The notes below the pieces were generated by a model, which saw only the letters and a list, made by a program, of their open reading frames with translations, had not been told where the DNA came from and did not search any database. Of a DNA stretch of 32,000 bases, positions 1-10,061 are shown one piece after another. The stretch is taken from contig NZ_CP064923.1 of the NCBI RefSeq assembly GCF_018336915.1, positions 4,650,001 to 4,682,000 on the forward strand. Reading direction: 5' to 3'. A program made the translations under genes and the position numbers. The DNA comes from Acaryochloris marina S15. Its GTDB lineage: Bacteria > Cyanobacteriota > Cyanobacteriia > Thermosynechococcales > Thermosynechococcaceae. How positions within the stretch are numbered: the stretch's first letter is position 1; every line of letters starts with the position of its first letter.

Positions 1-210
1 GCAGAGGGGTTAGAAGATGCTGTCATTTCCATCAGAATCCAGTCCCCTTGAACTGAGGTGTTAAGGACGCTTATAGGCGTTAAGATAATTACTTTAAAGA
101 TCGTTGTTATCCGTTGGGGAAGCAAGAAAAACACACAGCTAAGGACCTATTAACGTACCGATGCTGTTCGATCGTAGCTTTGTTGACACTGGAAAAGGAC
201 AGGCTGTGCC

Positions 211-1494
211 ATGCAAACTAGCTTAGATATTTTGACAGAAACCGATCCTGCGATCGCAGGAATGCTACAGCAGGAATTACAGCGCCAGCGTGATCATCTA
301 GAGCTGATTGCCAGCGAGAATTTCACCTCAGCAGCCGTCTTGGCAGCACAAGGCTCGGTCCTCACGAATAAGTATGCAGAAGGACTCCCCGGCAAGCGTT
401 ACTACGGTGGCTGCGAATTTATTGATGCCGCTGAGCAGCTGGCCATTGATCGAGCCAAGGAATTATTTAATGCGGCCCACGTTAACGTTCAGCCTCATTC
501 TGGCGCTCAGGCCAACTTCGCCGTTTTTCTAACCTTACTCCAGCCAGGCGATACCTTCATGGGGATGGATTTGTCCCATGGGGGTCACTTAACCCATGGA
601 TCTCCAGTGAATGTCTCGGGCAAATGGTTCAATGTCGTCCAGTACGGCGTCGATCCAGATACCGAACAGCTCAACTACGAGACAATTCGCGAGCTGGCCC
701 TCAAGCATCGGCCCAAAATGATTGTCTGTGGTTACTCTGCCTATCCTCGCATCATCGATTTTGAGAAATTTCGGGCGATCGCAGATGAAATCGATGCCTA
801 CTTAATGGCAGATATTGCCCATATTGCTGGCTTGGTGGCATCCGGTCATCACCCCAATCCTTTACCCTTCTGTGACGTAGTTACGACAACCACTCACAAA
901 ACCCTCCGAGGTCCCCGAGGCGGTCTGATCATGACCAAGGATCCTGAGCTGGGTAAAAAGTTCGATAAATCTGTCTTCCCCGGCACCCAAGGCGGCCCCC
1001 TAGAGCATGTCATTGCGGCTAAAGCAGTGGCCTTTGGTGAAGCCCTCAAGCCTGATTTCAGCGATTATTGTGGCCATGTGATTGAGAATGCCCAAACCCT
1101 AGCCAAACAACTTCAAGAACGTGGATTCAAAATCGTCTCTAACGGTACAGACAATCACCTATTACTCGTTGACTTACGGTCTATTGGCATGACGGGCAAG
1201 CAGGCCGATCAGCGGGTCAGCCAAGTTAATATCACAGCCAACAAAAACACCGTGCCCTTCGACCCAGAATCTCCCTTTGTCACGAGTGGACTCAGATTAG
1301 GATCTCCTGCCATGACCACTCGGGGGATGGGGACTGCAGAATTTACCGAGATTGCTAATATCATTGCTGATTGTCTGATAAAACCTGAGGATGCCGCCGT
1401 CACAGAAGACTGCCGCCAACGCGTTGCCAATCTCTGTGCGCGATTCCCCCTTTATCCTCATCTCACCAGCCCTGTGCCTGCTTTAACCCAGTAA
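211..1494 (+). CDS. glyA: serine hydroxymethyltransferase
   Basis: 427-aa ORF with an ATG start. It carries SHMT hallmarks along its full length: [22 protein letters not shown] and the PLP-lysine motif [14 protein letters not shown]. Confidence 0.97.
   Translation: MQTSLDILTETDPAIAGMLQQELQRQRDHLELIASENFTSAAVLAAQGSVLTNKYAEGLPGKRYYGGCEFIDAAEQLAIDRAKELFNAAHVNVQPHSGAQANFAVFLTLLQPGDTFMGMDLSHGGHLTHGSPVNVSGKWFNVVQYGVDPDTEQLNYETIRELALKHRPKMIVCGYSAYPRIIDFEKFRAIADEIDAYLMADIAHIAGLVASGHHPNPLPFCDVVTTTTHKTLRGPRGGLIMTKDPELGKKFDKSVFPGTQGGPLEHVIAAKAVAFGEALKPDFSDYCGHVIENAQTLAKQLQERGFKIVSNGTDNHLLLVDLRSIGMTGKQADQRVSQVNITANKNTVPFDPESPFVTSGLRLGSPAMTTRGMGTAEFTEIANIIADCLIKPEDAAVTEDCRQRVANLCARFPLYPHLTSPVPALTQ
250..257. 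repeat. HIP1 octamer
   Basis: exact GCGATCGC. Confidence 0.95.
775..782. repeat. HIP1 octamer
   Basis: exact GCGATCGC. Confidence 0.95.
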
Positions 1495-1628
1495 GCATCC
1501 CCCTTGGTTTGGCAACGAGGCTTGTGTTTATCCCCGTTCCTCATGCATGATGTCATTGTGACAGTTCATTAAGACTGTTTTCTATTCTGCATGGTTTGCT
1601 CAATTTTCTTTACGTAGCAGGATCTCGG

Positions 1629-2678
1629 ATGCCTTACCATCTGGTTGCCTTTCTCGTGGCTGCCCTCGTGGTCCTCTGGAGTACACCAATCGTTAAAAGG
1701 ATTGGTTTAAAGAGTGGCTATGTAGACATGCCCGACCCCCGAAAAGTCCACAAGCGCCCCATGGTGCGTTTGGGGGGTATTTCCATCTTTATGGGGACCC
1801 AAATTGCCCTACTCATTGTTGCCATCTCCGGCGGATTTGGTGACCTACCACCCGCATCGGCCTCCGAAGTCTGGGGGGTGGTCATTGGGGGCATGCTGTA
1901 CTTCTTGATTGGCCTTGCCGATGATTTATTTACCCTAACGCCTTGGTCGCGGCTGTTAATGCAGTTTGCGGTGGCTGGAATGGCCTGGGGGGTTGGGGTC
2001 CGCATCGACTTTGTCACATTGCCTTTCTCTGACTTAGGACTCATCAATATCGAGTGGCTCAGTCTGCCCCTGACCTTAATATGGCTAGTGGGCATGGCCA
2101 ATGCCGTCAACTTTATGGATGGATTAGATGGTCTAGCGGCTGGCATCTCAGGAATTTCAGCAGTGGTGATGTTGGTGGTCAGCTTATTCATGAACCAACC
2201 AACGGCAGCTTTGTTGGCTGCAGCCCTTGCAGGAGGAGCTTTAGGCTTTCTTCGCTATAATTTCAACCCTGCCCAGATATTTATGGGAGATGGCGGCGCT
2301 TATTTCTTAGGATTTACCCTGGCAGGCGTTGGGGTAATTGGCTTGGTCAAAACGGTGACGACTGTCGCAGTTGCCTTACCCTTTGTCATCTTGGCAGTAC
2401 CCATCTTTGATACGTCGACAGTGGTTCTTAACCGGTTACGTCGAGGGAAGTCTCCTTTTAGTGCTGATAAAGGTCACCTTCACCATCGTCTTCTAGAAGC
2501 AGGACTCTCTCAACGGCGCAGTGTCCTTCTTATTTATGCCATTGTTTTTTGGGTCGGCAGCTTAGCCATCGCGATTGCTGGCATTCCTGCAGGTACAGCC
2601 TATGCGATTGGAGCGACTTTACTCTTGTGTTATGCCATCTGGCGCGCTTGGCAGCGGTTGCAAGAACCCCGCACGTAA
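1629..2678 (+). CDS. glycosyltransferase family 4 polyprenyl-phosphate N-acetylhexosamine-1-phosphate transferase (MraY/WecA-like)
   Basis: Polytopic membrane protein with the family motifs DDLF..P, NAVNFMDGLDGLA and MGDGGAYFLGF. The track ORF opens at TTG 1596, but the in-frame ATG at 1629 (MPYHLVAF...) is the more typical N-terminus, so the start is uncertain by 33 nt. Confidence 0.85.
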   Translation: MPYHLVAFLVAALVVLWSTPIVKRIGLKSGYVDMPDPRKVHKRPMVRLGGISIFMGTQIALLIVAISGGFGDLPPASASEVWGVVIGGMLYFLIGLADDLFTLTPWSRLLMQFAVAGMAWGVGVRIDFVTLPFSDLGLINIEWLSLPLTLIWLVGMANAVNFMDGLDGLAAGISGISAVVMLVVSLFMNQPTAALLAAALAGGALGFLRYNFNPAQIFMGDGGAYFLGFTLAGVGVIGLVKTVTTVAVALPFVILAVPIFDTSTVVLNRLRRGKSPFSADKGHLHHRLLEAGLSQRRSVLLIYAIVFWVGSLAIAIAGIPAGTAYAIGATLLLCYAIWRAWQRLQEPRT

Positions 2679-2700
2679 GGAAGAGCCAAGGATCTCCCCA

Positions 2701-3174
2701 TTAAACCAATCTACGTTCTACAAACATTTCTCTAATCATCCATAAGCCCGATTCTTTCTGCAGACGGCAGCGGACAGGAGCAGAGTCGAAGTTTGTAATT
2801 GGCACACCTAATGCGGTGGCTTTAGATTGAGTATCGATAATGGCACAAAATGCTTCAGGCGTTTCTTCCACAATGCTGTAAACGTTAATGCAAAGACAGG
2901 GATTGATAAACCATGGGAGAGACTCAAATACTCGTTTCTGTGTATTGATATAGGCTCGCTTACTGCTGACGCCAAACAGATCTCCACGATAGCGGTCAGA
3001 CAGTAATAGCTTGAGTTTATAGGCGTTCTTACTATCGTAGGCTTCCTTAAAGCGTTTGAAGGTCAAGACCACATGTTGAGGAAGATGGGGTGGATTGGCC
3101 TGTTTCTCATGCCAAACTTGTAGCCACTTCAACCCCTGAATCGCTGTCGTGACAAAAAGTCCTGATTCAAACAT
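2701..3174 (-). CDS. hypothetical protein (soluble, about 157 aa; possibly an NTF2/SnoaL-like fold, unverified)
   Basis: Long ORF convergent with the GT4 gene. The track start is TTG 3195 and the first ATG is at 3174 (MFESGLF...). I recognise no diagnostic motif. Confidence 0.55.
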   Translation of the reverse strand: MFESGLFVTTAIQGLKWLQVWHEKQANPPHLPQHVVLTFKRFKEAYDSKNAYKLKLLLSDRYRGDLFGVSSKRAYINTQKRVFESLPWFINPCLCINVYSIVEETPEAFCAIIDTQSKATALGVPITNFDSAPVRCRLQKESGLWMIREMFVERRLV

Positions 3175-3303
3175 GTTTGGCCTATTCTTTCGCAAAACGC
3201 TGGCTTTAATTTACCCAATCAGCTATCAAACCGAGTCAGCTCGTCACATTTACGTTAGAAGTAACGATACAGTGTTGAGGATAAGTCAACGAGATTAAAG
3301 GGT

Positions 3304-4563
3304 ATGAGCCGAAGCGCTGAGGTCATTTGCGTGGGGACAGAGCTGCTCCTTGGAGAAGTACTGAACTCAAATGCTCAGTTTTTGGGGCAGGAATTGGCTC
3401 GGTTAGGTATCGCTCATTTTCATCAGACAGTGGTGGGAGATAACCCCACTCGTATCAAACGTGCGATCGCATTAGCCTGTCAACGCTCTCAACTCCTGAT
3501 CTTCACTGGTGGCCTGGGACCGACCCCAGATGACCTCACCACAGAAACCTTGGCTGATTTCTTCCAAGCTCCTTTGGTCAACCATCCCGAAATTTTAGAA
3601 GATATTGCCCGTAAATTTGCCCAGGGCAACCGAGAGCCCAGTCCATCCAACGACAAACAGGCCTTACTCCCCGAGGGCGCTCAAGTCCTACCTAATCCTA
3701 TCGGCAGTGCCCCTGGTATCATTTGGCATCCACACCCAGAGCTGACGATTTTCACCTTTCCCGGTGTTCCCAAAGAGTTTCATCGGATGTGGCAGGAAAC
3801 AGCCGTACCCTATCTGCAATTAACAGACTGGGTGACCGCCCAAATTTATAGCCGGGTCCTCCGGTTTTGGGGTATTCCCGAATCTACTCTAGCGGACCAA
3901 GTGGCTCCCCTATTAGCCTTAACCAACCCCACCGTTGCGCCCTATGCCAGCAAAGGACAGGCTCGATTACGAATTTCCACCCGCGCCACCTCACAGGAGA
4001 CGGCCTACCAAGTCATTACACCCATCGAACAACAAATCCGACAAATTTGCGGACTGAACTGTTTTGGTGCCGATGATGAAACCTTGGAATCCATAGTTGG
4101 CAACCTGCTACAACAAAGAGGAGAAACCCTAGCCGTTGCCGAATCCTGTACGGGTGGAGGACTAGGGCAACGACTTACTGGTGTATCTGGTAGTTCAACC
4201 TATTTTTTGGGAGGGGTAATTTCCTATGCCAATTCTGCCAAACGAGATTTGCTGAAGGTAAACACAGCAGATCTTGAACAGTATGGAGCCGTGAGTGCAA
4301 TTGTGGCAGAACAGATGGCAGCAGGAGTGCGATCTCAACTTCGTAGTACTTGGGGCATTGGCATTACCGGCATTGCGGGTCCAGAAGGTGGCACCGAGAC
4401 TAAACCGGTTGGCCTGGTATATATCGGATTATCAGGACCACAAGGAACCCAAAGCTTTGAATATCAAATTAGTCCGTTAAGAGGACGGGACTGGGTTCGA
4501 CAGATGAGTACGTCCCATGCCCTCGATCGGTTGCGTCGCCAACTGCTGGCAGAGCAACCATAA
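3304..4563 (+). CDS. cinA: competence/damage-inducible protein CinA (MoCF-type N-domain plus PncC-type NMN deamidase C-domain)
   Basis: 419 aa. The N-terminus AEVICVGTELLLGEVLNSNAQFL...GGLGPTPDDLT is typical of the CinA MoCF domain. The C-terminal half, LAVAESCTGGGLG...GITGIAGPEGG, is typical of the CinA/PncC domain. Confidence 0.9.
   Translation: MSRSAEVICVGTELLLGEVLNSNAQFLGQELARLGIAHFHQTVVGDNPTRIKRAIALACQRSQLLIFTGGLGPTPDDLTTETLADFFQAPLVNHPEILEDIARKFAQGNREPSPSNDKQALLPEGAQVLPNPIGSAPGIIWHPHPELTIFTFPGVPKEFHRMWQETAVPYLQLTDWVTAQIYSRVLRFWGIPESTLADQVAPLLALTNPTVAPYASKGQARLRISTRATSQETAYQVITPIEQQIRQICGLNCFGADDETLESIVGNLLQQRGETLAVAESCTGGGLGQRLTGVSGSSTYFLGGVISYANSAKRDLLKVNTADLEQYGAVSAIVAEQMAAGVRSQLRSTWGIGITGIAGPEGGTETKPVGLVYIGLSGPQGTQSFEYQISPLRGRDWVRQMSTSHALDRLRRQLLAEQP
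3463..3470. repeat. HIP1 octamer
   Basis: exact GCGATCGC. Confidence 0.95.
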
Positions 4564-4743
4564 AATTGCTAGCGTAGACATCCGGGCTTACACGTAATTT
4601 GGTTACAGAGACCACACAATCAATCAGTAAATATGCTACGTTAAAGAAACGTTATAACATTTTTTGTTTTATAACCATCTGTAAAAACAATCATATAGTT
4701 TTTCGGATGCGTTACAACGTCACTGCGAGGGATTATTTACTCA

Positions 4744-4872
4744 ATGGACTATTTAGATAAAATCATCGAAAAAATCAAGAATTTTGCTCGTAAGCTCGTT
4801 GAAGTTCTGGTTGGTCCAGAAGTTGAGCCTGAACTAGAGATGATTCCTATCCCTGTTCGAGATCGGCATTAG
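4744..4872 (+). CDS. candidate small protein (42 aa), not in the supplied ORF track
   Basis: ATG 4744 to TAG 4870-4872, read by hand: MDYLDKIIEKIKNFARKLVEVLVGPEVEPELEMIPIPVRDRH. GAGGGA lies about 11 nt upstream. The N-terminal half is amphipathic-helix-like and the C-terminal half is acidic and Pro-rich. It sits alone in a 456-bp spacer. I recognise no homology. Confidence 0.3.
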   Translation: MDYLDKIIEKIKNFARKLVEVLVGPEVEPELEMIPIPVRDRH

Positions 4873-5019
4873 ACTCCTTCTATTACTTATCAGTTCGTCC
4901 TTAGGTTTTTTAGAAATCTAATGATGCTAATGGGCTTTGCTGTTTTATGCTGCTAAATAGCCGTAAAAGATGGCAAACTTCGAATGTCATGACTAACCAG
5001 CGCTTTTCGCTGATTTCCT

Positions 5020-5469
5020 GTGAGTCGTCTTAGCATCCTGGTCCTGCACGGTCCTAACCTAAATCTACTCGGTCAGCGTGAACCCGGTATTTACGGTTCA
5101 GTCACCCTAGAAAAAATTAATCAGCAGCTGCTATCTCTGGCAGAGAAGCTGCAATGCGATATTGCATTCTATCAATCCAATCATGAAGGCAACCTAGTCG
5201 ATACTATTCAGGAAGCCTTGGATTGTCATGACGGCATCGTCATCAATGCAGCAGCATATACCCATACCAGTGTCGCTATTCGCGATGCTTTAGCAGCTGT
5301 CGCTATTCCAGCTGTTGAAGTTCATCTGAGTAATATCTATCGCCGCGAAGACTTTCGGCATTATTCCTTTATCGCGCCAATCGTTGTCGGTCAAATCAGC
5401 GGATTCGGCGCCCAGAGCTACTCCTTAGGACTCCAAGCCTTAGTTAATCACTTACAAACCCAGACTTAA
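5020..5469 (+). CDS. aroQ: type II 3-dehydroquinate dehydratase
   Basis: 149 aa with a GTG start. [37 protein letters not shown] and VEVHLSNI are classic AroQ motifs. Confidence 0.93.
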   Translation: MSRLSILVLHGPNLNLLGQREPGIYGSVTLEKINQQLLSLAEKLQCDIAFYQSNHEGNLVDTIQEALDCHDGIVINAAAYTHTSVAIRDALAAVAIPAVEVHLSNIYRREDFRHYSFIAPIVVGQISGFGAQSYSLGLQALVNHLQTQT

Positions 5470-5582
5470 TCCTGCCCTAGGCGATTCATTACGAAGTCTA
5501 GACTATAATAAACTTTTGTTACTGAAATCCGGGATTGTCGAGGGAGAATTCCGTGAGCCTGCAGTTGGTATCGGAGTTCTAA

Positions 5583-7286
5583 ATGCTAAGACTGGAACAT
5601 GTTAGTAAGGTCTATCCCACGGGCGAAATTCTCAAAGACGTGAATTGGGAGCTAAAACCGGGTGATCGGATTGGCTTAGTGGGCGTCAATGGTGCAGGCA
5701 AATCTACCCAACTCAAAATCATTGCTGGGGAAGTAGAGCCAACATCGGGAGAGGTCATTCGTCCCAACAACCTTCATATTGCCTATCTCAACCAAGAGTT
5801 CGATGTTGTCACAAGTCGAACCGTACGGGAAGAATTTTGGACCGTTTTTACAGAAGCCAACCAAGTTCAGCAACAGCAGCAGCAAGTCCAGCAGCAAATG
5901 GAAAGTGCTGATCCAGACACCCTCGACGACTTAATCCATCAGCTGGACCGGCTACAGCGTCAGTTTGAAGCCTTAGATGGCTATAACCTAGAGTCCCGGA
6001 TTGAAAAAATCTTGCCGGAAATGGGCTTTAGCTCCGAGGATGGAGACCGATTGGTCAGTGCCTTTAGTGGCGGTTGGCAAATGCGGATGTGCTTAGGTAA
6101 AATCCTGCTGCAAAGCCCCGATATTCTCCTACTGGACGAACCGACCAACCACTTGGACCTAGAAACCATTGAGTGGCTAGAGACCTATTTAAAAGGACTC
6201 ACGACCCCCATGGTGATTGTGTCCCACGATCGCGCCTTTATGGATCGACTCTGTACTCGAATCGTGGAAACTGAGCGGGGAGTGGCTACCTCTTATTTGG
6301 GCAACTATTCTGCATACATCCAACAGAAAACAGAACAGCAATCTGCCCAGCTGAGTGCTTATGACCATCAGCAAAAAGAACTCGAAAAACAGCAGGCCTA
6401 TGTGGATCGCTTTCGCGCAAGTGCCACCCGCAGTACCCAAGCAAAAAGTCGCGAAAAGCAGCTCAACAAAGTAGAACGAATTGAAGCCCCCACTGCCGAT
6501 GTCCGCACCCTAAAGTTTCAGTTTCCTGCTGCACCTCGTAGTGGCCGAGAAGTCATCATCGTCAAGGATATGGTGAAAACCTATGGAGACGATATTCTTT
6601 TCCTAGGGGCCAACCTATTGCTAGAGCGTGGCGATCGAGTGGCCATCTTAGGCCCGAATGGGGCCGGGAAATCCACCCTCCTGCACATGTTGATGGGAAC
6701 AGAGCCACCCGATGAAGGTACCATCAAGTTTGGAGAGCATAACGTCATCCCAGGGTATTTTGAGCAGAACCAAGCAGAGGCTTTGGATCTTTCAAAAACC
6801 GTGATGGAAACCATTCATGATGAGGTACCTGATTGGAAGAATGAAGAGGTACGGACCCTCTTGGGACGTTTCCTCTTCAGTGGCGAAACTGCCTTCAAAC
6901 GAGTGGAAGCTCTGAGTGGAGGGGAGAAAGCTCGGTTGGCCCTAGCCAAAATGTTGCTCAGCCCCGTCAACTTACTCATTCTAGATGAGCCGACTAACCA
7001 CCTCGATATTCCAGCAAAAGAGATGCTAGAAGCAGCACTACAGGATTACGACGGCACGGTCGTGATTGTGTCCCATGACCGATATTTCATCTCACAAGTC
7101 GCGACTAAAATTGTGGAGATCAATGAGGGAGAATTGACTCTCTATCGGGGCGATTATCAGTACTACCAAGAGAAAATAGCTGCCACAGCCGAGCAAGCAA
7201 AACAAGATAAGATTGCCGCCGAGAAAGCAGCCAAAGCTGAGGCGAAGCGGACCAAGAAGCGAAAGAAAGCAAAAGCCAAGGTTTAG
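5583..7286 (+). CDS. ABC-F family ATPase (tandem ABC cassettes, no TM domain)
   Basis: 567 aa with two Walker A sites (GVNGAGKST, GPNGAGKST), two signature motifs (FSGGWQMR, LSGGEKAR) and two Walker B sites (LLLDEPTNHLD, LILDEPTNHLD). It also has a poly-Q inter-domain stretch and a Lys-rich C-terminal tail. Confidence 0.92.
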   Translation: MLRLEHVSKVYPTGEILKDVNWELKPGDRIGLVGVNGAGKSTQLKIIAGEVEPTSGEVIRPNNLHIAYLNQEFDVVTSRTVREEFWTVFTEANQVQQQQQQVQQQMESADPDTLDDLIHQLDRLQRQFEALDGYNLESRIEKILPEMGFSSEDGDRLVSAFSGGWQMRMCLGKILLQSPDILLLDEPTNHLDLETIEWLETYLKGLTTPMVIVSHDRAFMDRLCTRIVETERGVATSYLGNYSAYIQQKTEQQSAQLSAYDHQQKELEKQQAYVDRFRASATRSTQAKSREKQLNKVERIEAPTADVRTLKFQFPAAPRSGREVIIVKDMVKTYGDDILFLGANLLLERGDRVAILGPNGAGKSTLLHMLMGTEPPDEGTIKFGEHNVIPGYFEQNQAEALDLSKTVMETIHDEVPDWKNEEVRTLLGRFLFSGETAFKRVEALSGGEKARLALAKMLLSPVNLLILDEPTNHLDIPAKEMLEAALQDYDGTVVIVSHDRYFISQVATKIVEINEGELTLYRGDYQYYQEKIAATAEQAKQDKIAAEKAAKAEAKRTKKRKKAKAKV

Positions 7287-7385
7287 TAGTAGCCTGCAGT
7301 AGAATCTCAACCGTTTTAGCCCCCTAAAACACACCATAATGCTGCTGAAATGCATCAGGTGGCCTATTTTTCTCCGTGCTAGAGT

Positions 7386-9182
7386 ATGGTCTGGTGGCGA
7401 TCTTTCAGCATTATGGTATTCAAAAATTTTACTTATCCGACTGTGGCACTCATTGGGGTTGCAGCAGTTGCAATTGCACCTCAACCTGCCCAATCCCTCA
7501 GTCCTGATCAAATCAGTGGCATTGCGAAACAAGTCACGGTTCTAATCGATGGTCAAAATCCAGGATCAGGAGTGATTATCAATCGGGATGGCGATACCTA
7601 TACCGTTCTCACTGCGTTTCATGTCGTCGGCACCCCCGATGAATATGATGTTGTCACCCCCACCGATCAACGCTACAAATTAGACTATCAAACCGTTAAA
7701 CGCCTGCCAGGCATTGATCTAGCTGTCCTCAAGTTTAAAAGCGATAAAACCTACAAAGTCGCCGACCTGGGAAACTCTACCCAAATACAAGAAGGGAAGC
7801 CCATTTTTGTAGCGGGATTTCCACAACCGACTCAAGCCATTAACTTATCGATTTACCGATTTACCGAAGGGCGGCTCACCGCCAACTCGTCTAAACCTTT
7901 AGCCGATGGCTATGCCCTGGTTTATAACAATTCCACACGGCCTGGCATGAGCGGCGGCCCCGTCTTAGATGATCAAGGAGCCCTGGTCGGAATTCATGGT
8001 CGCTCTGATGCTCAGCAACAGGGCAATGTCTACTTCAAAAATGATACGAACCTGGGCATTCCCATTGATACCTTCTCAACGATGGTCCCTCAGATAGGGG
8101 TTAAGTTAGATTCTAACCTTGCAACCTCTCCACCTAGCCCATCCAATCCCTCTATTCCTCCACGCCCGCCAGTGCCCCAAGGACCAAGGGCAGGTGACTT
8201 TTACCTCCAGGCCACTGATAAGCTGCAGCGGGGAGATTCCCAAGGGGCGCTGCAGGATCTGAACCAGGCGATTAGTCTAAATCCTAGCTATGCCAGTGCT
8301 TATGGCGATCGGGCCACCATCAAGTTTCAGCAAGGCGATCGCCCAGGAGCGCTCGCAGACTTAGACCAAGCAATCCAGATTGATCCTCAGTTAGCAGATG
8401 CCTATGGGATTCGCGGACTATATCGGGTGGTCACTGGCAATATTCGCGGGGCTCAATCCGACGTTGAGAAAGCAGTTCGTCTAAAACCTGAAATCGGCTA
8501 TGCCTCTCGGGGAGTCGTACGCTGGTATCGCAGTGATTTATCAGGGGCTCAATCCGATTTCGATCAAGCATTAAACCTCAAAGCCTCTTTCAAGGATGCC
8601 TATGCTGTTCACTATTTTCGTGGGTTTGTCCGGTGGCAGTTGGGCAATTATGATGGCGCTCTGAAAGATCTGAATCGTTCCATTCAGCTCAATCCTAAAT
8701 ATTTAGAAGCTGTAGGCGTTCGGGGAATTTTGCGTTTCCAAATGGGAGACAATCAAGGGGCCTTACGGGACTTTGATGAAGGCATCCGCATCAATACTGG
8801 CAGTAGTGATATCTACACCATCCGCGGCATGATTCGCCTCACCCAAGGCGATAACCCAGAGGCCATTTCTGATTTTGATCAAGTTATTCGCATCAAGCCT
8901 GGCAATGTTGCTCTTGCGGATATGTATGGTAGCCGAGGAATTGCCTACTTCCAGGCGGGGAATGACGAACAAGCTCTTGCCAGTCTTCAACAGGCGGTTC
9001 AACTGGCAAAAGATCCGAGCAGCCGAGATTCCTATCAGAAGTTAAGTAACGCGATTAACCAAGTGCAATCGCAACCTGCATTACGCCCTAAGATGAAGGC
9101 CTTTATCCAAACCTTTATGCAGAGCTATCTAAAACGATATATCGGCCAGTATGTGCAGTCCTATCGTCCTCTCCAAAGCTAG
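7386..9182 (+). CDS. secreted trypsin-like (S1) serine protease fused to a C-terminal TPR-repeat array
   Basis: N-terminal signal-like segment (…VALIGVAAVAIAPQPAQS). Candidate catalytic triad: TAFHVV (His), IDLAVLKF (Asp), GMSGGPV (Ser). A Pro-rich linker is followed by about 8-9 TPR-like units of the form GDxxGALxDxxQAIxLNPxxAxAYxxRG. An alternative start is ATG 7413. Confidence 0.85.
   Translation: MVWWRSFSIMVFKNFTYPTVALIGVAAVAIAPQPAQSLSPDQISGIAKQVTVLIDGQNPGSGVIINRDGDTYTVLTAFHVVGTPDEYDVVTPTDQRYKLDYQTVKRLPGIDLAVLKFKSDKTYKVADLGNSTQIQEGKPIFVAGFPQPTQAINLSIYRFTEGRLTANSSKPLADGYALVYNNSTRPGMSGGPVLDDQGALVGIHGRSDAQQQGNVYFKNDTNLGIPIDTFSTMVPQIGVKLDSNLATSPPSPSNPSIPPRPPVPQGPRAGDFYLQATDKLQRGDSQGALQDLNQAISLNPSYASAYGDRATIKFQQGDRPGALADLDQAIQIDPQLADAYGIRGLYRVVTGNIRGAQSDVEKAVRLKPEIGYASRGVVRWYRSDLSGAQSDFDQALNLKASFKDAYAVHYFRGFVRWQLGNYDGALKDLNRSIQLNPKYLEAVGVRGILRFQMGDNQGALRDFDEGIRINTGSSDIYTIRGMIRLTQGDNPEAISDFDQVIRIKPGNVALADMYGSRGIAYFQAGNDEQALASLQQAVQLAKDPSSRDSYQKLSNAINQVQSQPALRPKMKAFIQTFMQSYLKRYIGQYVQSYRPLQS
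8335..8342. repeat. HIP1 octamer (extended GGCGATCGCC)
   Basis: exact GCGATCGC. Confidence 0.95.
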
Positions 9183-9227
9183 GGGCTGATCGAGTAATGA
9201 GGCGAGATCAGCAGGGGCTAGCCCAGC

Positions 9228-9833
9228 ATGTTGGCTGAGGTTAGCCCTCTCAAGGCCCAAGACTTAGCAGAGGCAGTAGCTTTAGATCTGCAGATTTTTG
9301 GTGGCTGGTGGAGTTTGCAAGGGTACCAGCAAGAATTGGACCGGCTGAGCAGTACTTTATTGGGACTACGATTGCGAATGGAGGCTTCGAATCCTGCAAT
9401 CCGTGATGATCAGACAGCGTCATCTCATCCCTTGATTGGCATCAGTTGTCTATGGAGAGTCGAAGACGAAGCCCATATTACGATGCTGGGTATTCATCCT
9501 CAACATCAAGGGCAAGGGCTGGGCCAAGCCCTATTAACATCACTCTTAACATTAGCCAGACTTGAGCAAGCCAATCGAGCCACGTTAGAAGTCAATGTTG
9601 CCAACTCGGCAGCCGTGAAACTATACAAAAAATTGGGGTTCAAAACCGCTGGGCAACGGCCCCACTATTACGACAACGGTGAGGATGCCCTCATCCTCTG
9701 GCAAGGAGATTTACAGACCTCTCAATTTCAGCAATCTCTTGAGGTATGGCAACGCGACACTGAGCATCAACTCGCCCTGTGGGGATGCAGTGGTCTAAAG
9801 ATGATCTGGGGTGATGCTAAGGCAGACTCTTAA
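9228..9833 (+). CDS. rimI: GNAT N-acetyltransferase, RimI-type (ribosomal-protein-alanine acetyltransferase)
   Basis: 201 aa. The acetyl-CoA-binding motif HPQHQGQGLGQALL and the motif LEVNVANSAAVKLYKKLGF...YY are typical of RimI-like GNATs. The specific substrate is not provable from sequence. Confidence 0.72.
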   Translation: MLAEVSPLKAQDLAEAVALDLQIFGGWWSLQGYQQELDRLSSTLLGLRLRMEASNPAIRDDQTASSHPLIGISCLWRVEDEAHITMLGIHPQHQGQGLGQALLTSLLTLARLEQANRATLEVNVANSAAVKLYKKLGFKTAGQRPHYYDNGEDALILWQGDLQTSQFQQSLEVWQRDTEHQLALWGCSGLKMIWGDAKADS

Positions 9834-10061
9834 AGTAATTTCGTAATATCCACACCCTAGTTTGATCATTTATGACCCAATTGTTGGAAAGATAAATCTA
9901 CAATGGATCAAAGGAAAAAGCTGTTTTGGTCAAAAATAGGATTTTTCGTTTACGAAAGTTCCTCATCGATTCAGTGAGAATCCTTATGTAATCACCAATT
10001 CAGCCGATCTATCGTGCTAAAATTGGGTTTACCAGCAAGCAGCAGGTTGTGGGAAAACGCC

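Noticed and set aside
7313-7330. GTTTTAG-CCCC-CTAAAAC hairpin after the ABC-F gene as a terminator
   Set aside because: The 7-bp stem is AT-rich and no U-tract follows (ACACACC). That is too weak to call a terminator.
10014-10061. N-terminal extension of clpC from GTG 10014 ([16 protein letters not shown]…)
   Set aside because: ClpC proteins begin [12 protein letters not shown]…. The upstream codons are open only by chance, so I placed the start at ATG 10062.
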